Below are positions 62,526-64,000 of a DNA stretch of 64,000 nucleotides, in pieces. Origin of the DNA: Paraspadella gotoi (lineage: Eukaryota; Animalia; Chaetognatha). Position numbers and translations under genes: made by a program. The stretch covers positions 3,975,025 through 4,039,024 of the forward strand of contig CM119265.1 of assembly GCA_051294375.1 (NCBI GenBank), in the 5' to 3' direction. Every line of letters begins with the position of its first letter. Within the stretch, counting starts at the first letter, position 1. The notes below the pieces were generated by a model, which was not told the DNA's origin, made no database searches, and was given only the letters and a program-made list of their open reading frames with translations.

Positions 62526-63733
62526 GAATCAGTTTATATCGAATGTTCGCAGAACAAAATTTCGTCGTTCGCAAAACATGAACTAGTGAACTAGTAAACT
62601 TGATAAAGAACGAATGTTTGGATTTCCTTCCTCAGATTTCCAGGTCCAACCAGATCAGTGATGATAATCGGATCAGAAGATAAGAAGGACCGATCGATCG
62701 TTCGATCCCCGACCTCTGGGTCATCCTGACCCCAAAAATTCACCGACGGCGAAAATCGAATTCCGAATTCGCGAGTTTCTTATCCGAGGTTAGAATCAAA
62801 AAGGTCGGCGGAGTCGGCGAGACGGGCAGAGTCGACAAGGTTGGCAAGGTTAGCAGGGTCGGCAAGTGACTAACAGACGCCTCGAGGAATGAGATGGCAT
62901 CATTGGAGATGGCAGAAGACATGGCGAGATAGTTTTTGGGAGACATTGCTGGAGACATAGGTGAGATGGCAGAAGACATGGTAAAAGTCATGGAGGGAGA
63001 CATGGCGTAAGACAAGGCGGAGATGGTTAAAAAGAATGTTAAATCGATTAATTTTCGGCCGTCGAATCTATTTAAGCATTCTTTTAACCATCTCCGTCTA
63101 CGCCTTTCAGAAACTTACGTACTATCTCGCCTTGTCTACCATTCCTTTCAATCGATTAAATCTTTTTAACCATCTCCGCCTTGTCTTACGCCATGTCTCC
63201 CTCCATGACTTTACCATGTCTTCTGCCATCTCACCTATCTTGTCTCCAGCAATGTCTCCCAAAACACTATCCGCCATGTCTTCTGCCATCTCCAATGATC
63301 CATCTCATTCCTCGAGGCGTCTGTTAGTCACCTTGCCGACCCTGCTAACCTTCGCCAACCTCTGTCGACTCTGCCCGTCTTGCCGACTCCGCCGACCTTT
63401 TGATCTCTAACCTCGGATAAAAACTCGCGAATTCGGAATTCGATTTCGCCGTCGGTGAATTTTTGGGGTCAGGATAACCCAGAGGTGTCGGGGATCGAAC
63501 GATCGATCGGTCCTTCTTATCTTCTGATCCGATTACATCACTGATCTGGTTGGACCTGGAAAATCTGAGGAAGGAAATCCAAACCATTCGTTCTTTATCA
63601 AGTTCTAACTAGTTCACATACTTCTATGTTTTGAAACGTACGAAATTTGTTCTGCGAAACATCGATATAAACTGATTCTCTCTTTCCTTCTCTCTCTCTC
63701 TCTTCTCTCTCTCTTTCTCTCTCTTCTCTCTCT

Positions 63734-63766
<33 letters not shown>

Positions 63767-64000
63767 AACCGGTCCCAAATATGTTTTTCCAAATTAAAAA
63801 AAAAGTTATTTCTAAAGTAAACTTGTTCCTTAAAATTTTACCGGCGAAATCTTACGAGGTCTCAGAATCTAAACTCCCGCAACCACCATCCCAATTTAGA
63901 GCTCTTCGATCGTCGACCCTCGTTGACGAATCTACTTCGCCGTCTTCGCTTCCGACCTTCTTCATGACTTCAACGGACAACTCCCACCAACAAAAAGACT
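62215..64000. repeat. ~820-bp-arm fold-back inverted repeat centred near 63100
   Basis: 62215-63035 is the reverse complement of ~63160-64000 with scattered 1-bp indels; scrambled centre. Confidence 0.9.

Overview
Eukaryotic (invertebrate-like, AT- and microsatellite-rich) draft-assembly sequence. Positions ~1.9-24.9 kb hold one complete minus-strand filamin gene. I can join 15 GT-AG coding exons into an uninterrupted ~2423-aa frame (2 CH domains + 22 Ig-like filamin repeats); one exon is 4623 bp. Its introns carry Helentron/HINE-like elements, tRNA-derived SINEs and minisatellites. From ~30.6 kb on, the window is dominated by direct and inverted duplications with indel-rich second copies, bounded by five gaps of exactly 25 N. 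These look like long-read gap-filling or amplification artefacts. The most notable signal is a 246-bp insertion (43694-43939) made of two inverted minimal hammerhead ribozymes. It is flanked by a 12-bp direct repeat, an empty-site version lies at ~45600, and Penelope-like GIY-YIG endonuclease relics and related hammerheads occur nearby. All calls were made by eye, with no database searches.
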